Source of the DNA: Ignavibacteriales bacterium | GTDB lineage: Bacteria; Bacteroidota; Ignavibacteria; UBA10030; UBA6906 | Direction of reading: 5' to 3' | NCBI GenBank assembly: GCA_037441705.1 | Contig: JBBIRR010000012.1 | Span: 15,001-79,000 of the forward strand | DNA: 64,000 nucleotides | Shown: positions 61,277 through 64,000 of the stretch, in pieces | Layout of the letters: the number at the start of each line of letters is the position of its first letter | Numbering within the stretch: position 1 is the first letter of the stretch | The notes under the pieces: model-generated | Databases searched by the model: none | The model's input: only the letters and a program-made list of their open reading frames with translations | What the model was told of the DNA's origin: nothing | Translations under genes and position numbers: made by a program

Positions 61277-62827
61277 TTAGTCATAGTGCCGGAGGCGCTG
61301 CCACATTTCGCGCAAGGGGACCCTCAGGTTCCGGCAAAGATAAATGTTGAGATTGTTTTCGTACGGCATGCTGTACGGAGATGAAACGGTTGCCTTGACT
61401 TCAACCGATTCGAACACTTCCTGCGCGTCGTCGAGGTCACCGCCGAGGATCAGCACGAGTTCGCCCGTATAGTGCCTCGGTCCCCACAGCAAGTAGCTGT
61501 TGTGCGGTCCGATAGATTTTGGCAGGCCATAACGCGCTCCGTAATAATCGATCGCGGCGCAGCGGCCATAGTTGTCGGCAAAGATCGCGCAGCGCTGTTG
61601 TTCATCCGGCGTCAGCGAGTGAAAGACATCGGCGACGGCGCGAGCCTTTTCCTCCCAGCCAAACATGTCGGCATAAAACTGCGGCAACTGGCCTAACTCT
61701 TTCCCTTCGGCAGTAGAGGGAGTGATGCCCAGCGCGTTTGCATACCGGATGTACGATTCGACGGGAAGGATGGGCAGCGCTGCTGGCGCAAGTGCCAAGC
61801 CGCCTGCAATCGTGAGTGCAGCGCAGGCAGGACGGAGCCATCCGAATCGTTCCGCGGTCGCACGTTCAATCATCACGCCGCCTGCGCCGAATAGCATTGC
61901 GTAGGCCGGCGCCAGATACTCTGGCTTGCTGTGAATGTTGAGTAAGAGAATGCCGGCGACGGACAGAAAGGCGATGCCGAGAAGCCTGAAGCGTTTTCCT
62001 TCTGTCTTGAAGAAATAGAAGTACAACCCACTTAACCACACAGGAAGCGTCACGGGATTGTTGACCAGCAGTTGACCGGTAAGGAACGTCAAGGGCCGCT
62101 GACTTGCGTACTTGTTTTGTGTCGCGTTGCGGATGAACTCCAGGTGAGCGAAGTCGTTCTGGATATTCCAGATGACGTACGGGAGGGAAAGAACGAAAGC
62201 AATCGCCGCGGCAATCCACGGCCGGCGCGTAGCAAGCCACGATCGTTGCGGCGTCATAAGCATGCCGACCAACAAACCGGCTCCCAACCAGCCGATGCCG
62301 ATTTTGTTCAACAGGCCGATGCCCAGAATGAAGCCGAGCAGCTGCCAGTCTCGTTCCTGTTCACGCTTGATCAACCGAATGACGACGTACGCCGCGAACG
62401 CCCAGAAGAGATGATCGAACGTGTTCATCGAGTAGAATGCATCCATGCCCAACTTGATGAGTGACGCGATTGCAGCGAGGGCCGCAAGTGCTTGCGCCCA
62501 CTTTCCGCCTCCGAGTTCCTTTGCGATCATTCCGGTGATGAAGACGGTTGCCGCACCGACAACGGCAGGCACAAACCTGATTGCAAAGAGCGAGTCGCCC
62601 AACAGCATCCGGCTTACCATCAACACGAAGATAGAAAACGGAGGATGGTCAACGTAACCGGCGGCCGGGTGTTCGCTGCAGGCGATGTGGTACAGCTCAT
62701 CTCTGAAGATCCCGTAGCCCGCAAACGCGTTGGTGTACAGATGCAGCAAGAGTTTGGCGAGCGCAAGCCCGAGAAGCAGCGCCGTGTCGCTTCTCAGAAA
62801 TTCATGGCTCGAGCGAGTTGTGTTCAT
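61277..62827 (-). CDS. GT-C membrane glycosyltransferase (GT39/ArnT-like)
   Basis: FRDELYH, GYVDHPP, GLLNK, multi-TM, C-terminal NYG. Confidence 0.85.
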   Translation of the reverse strand: MNTTRSSHEFLRSDTALLLGLALAKLLLHLYTNAFAGYGIFRDELYHIACSEHPAAGYVDHPPFSIFVLMVSRMLLGDSLFAIRFVPAVVGAATVFITGMIAKELGGGKWAQALAALAAIASLIKLGMDAFYSMNTFDHLFWAFAAYVVIRLIKREQERDWQLLGFILGIGLLNKIGIGWLGAGLLVGMLMTPQRSWLATRRPWIAAAIAFVLSLPYVIWNIQNDFAHLEFIRNATQNKYASQRPLTFLTGQLLVNNPVTLPVWLSGLYFYFFKTEGKRFRLLGIAFLSVAGILLLNIHSKPEYLAPAYAMLFGAGGVMIERATAERFGWLRPACAALTIAGGLALAPAALPILPVESYIRYANALGITPSTAEGKELGQLPQFYADMFGWEEKARAVADVFHSLTPDEQQRCAIFADNYGRCAAIDYYGARYGLPKSIGPHNSYLLWGPRHYTGELVLILGGDLDDAQEVFESVEVKATVSSPYSMPYENNLNIYLCRNLRVPLREMWQRLRHYD

Positions 62828-63327
62828 GAGGGAGTTGTTCTTCTTTCAGAAGAAAGATATGTAAGGATGGAAAATCGATCCGATCGAGAGAAGAGCAGAA
62901 GAATGCCGAGAAGCATGAGTCCGCTATTCTCCAACACTTTCATCCAACCGATTTTGTCAACGTTCGGGTCGCGGGTGAAGCAGCCGCAGGAGATATCCAA
63001 CCCGCGAACGATACCGGAGATGACGCCTCCTGTAAAGAGCACAAGCATCACGAGAATCAGCAGGCTGCTGCCGCGCATCATGATGCCGAAGATGAGGAAC
63101 AAGCCGCACAGCAGCTCAGCCCACGGCAGGATGGTCGCGATAATCAGCGTGAACGGCTCACCCACCAGGCGGTAGTACGAAACGGACACGGCGAAAGCGT
63201 TCGGGTCGGCGACCTTGTCGATGCTTGCGACGACGAAAACGAATCCCAACAGTACTCTTGCCGAGAGCGTCACATAGTCGTTTTCAAGAAGCGCTTTCAT
63301 CTCACTTGATAGACTCCGCAAACTCAC
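62824..63327 (-). CDS. MauE/DoxX-family membrane protein
   Basis: ARVLLG, ILPWAEL, RGLDISCGCF. Confidence 0.85.
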   Translation of the reverse strand: MSLRSLSSEMKALLENDYVTLSARVLLGFVFVVASIDKVADPNAFAVSVSYYRLVGEPFTLIIATILPWAELLCGLFLIFGIMMRGSSLLILVMLVLFTGGVISGIVRGLDISCGCFTRDPNVDKIGWMKVLENSGLMLLGILLLFSRSDRFSILTYLSSERRTTPS

Positions 63328-63800
63328 TCAACCGGACGATGACGTTCCTTCCATTCGTTCCATCCCCCAAAAAACATCTTGACATTGGTGAATCCGGCGG
63401 CGGAAAGTTTCTGCGCCAGCTCGATGCTCGAGTTGCATTCGGCTCCATCGCAGTAGGTCACGATGAGTTGTTCTTTGGGGATGGAAGCCAGCGGCGATTT
63501 TTCCAGCGAGAAATCCTTGAGCGGCACATTGATGGCGCCTTTGATGTGCCCGAGTTGGTAGTCGTACTCGTGCCGCGCATCGACAAAAAGGGCGGTGCCG
63601 GCGTTGTAGAGTTGGACGGCTTCTTCAAACGAAATGAACTCGGGTGCAACCGCTGCCCTCGGTGCCGGGGGTTGTTGGGCCGCGCTGAAGAACCCCTTCT
63701 TCATGACGAACGTGTATGCAAACCCCAGAAGAGCGGACGCGAGGAGAAGAAGTCCCGCTTCGCGCACGGCGATCCGTATCGGTGCAGACGAGTGTTCCAT
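63324..63800 (-). CDS. Membrane-anchored rhodanese-like protein
   Basis: FVDAR, GHIKGAINVP, TYCDGAECNSS, GGWNEW. Confidence 0.88.
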   Translation of the reverse strand: MEHSSAPIRIAVREAGLLLLASALLGFAYTFVMKKGFFSAAQQPPAPRAAVAPEFISFEEAVQLYNAGTALFVDARHEYDYQLGHIKGAINVPLKDFSLEKSPLASIPKEQLIVTYCDGAECNSSIELAQKLSAAGFTNVKMFFGGWNEWKERHRPVE

Positions 63801-63809
63801 GTGTACGCG

Positions 63810-64000
63810 CTACGTCTTCTTCATCTTTGACAGTTGAACGATGGCAACGCCCGTAAGAATCACCAGCGCCGCAATTCCGGTTCGGAGTGTAACAGGCTCA
63901 TCCAGAATCAACCAGCCGAGGAAGATCGCCACGATAGGATTGACGTACGCATACGTCGAAGCTTTCGCCGGCGGCTGATGTCGCAGCAAATAGACATAGG
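63810..64000 (-). CDS. EamA/DMT-family transporter, C-terminal fragment (not in the ORF track)
   Basis: Manual translation ...YLLRHQPPAKASTYAYVNPIVAIFLGWLILDEPVTLRTGIAALVILTGVAIVQLSKMKKT*. Confidence 0.85.
   Translation of the reverse strand, partial: YVYLLRHQPPAKASTYAYVNPIVAIFLGWLILDEPVTLRTGIAALVILTGVAIVQLSKMKKT

Overview
Gene-dense, moderately GC-rich bacterial chromosomal window. Gene content suggests a Bacteroidota/Ignavibacteria-like organism (inference). No rRNA, tRNA, CRISPR array or transposase was recognised. In order: (1) a peptide-use operon (OPT, stand-alone PqqD/RRE protein, PepD, MFSD1-like MFS); (2) a MacA/MacB-type pair without an ATPase, then uvrB, ComF-family, gap, pgk, rhomboid, ispG; (3) a peptidoglycan-recycling neighbourhood (SpoIID/LytB, amidase, AmpG-like MFS, GT2, DUF4922, NamZ, FHA-lytic transglycosylase fusion) interrupted by a type II R-M pair with a frameshifted endonuclease; (4) the main candidate novel system, a ~10.8 kb operon (30562-41368) with two NrfC/NrfD-type modules, a 13-heme cytochrome c, a heme-motif histidine kinase with a Cys-rich insert, and four GcvH-fold domains lacking the lipoyl-lysine, two fused to receiver domains; (5) a minus-strand run with a GlcD-like oxidase, a 9-PAS hybrid kinase, peptidases, a second OPT, a SatD/DUF3307 pair separated by three 28-bp-periodic palindromes, lspA, a pseudo-CPBP/PP2C fusion and membrane proteins. 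All family calls come from motif recognition by eye, not database searches.
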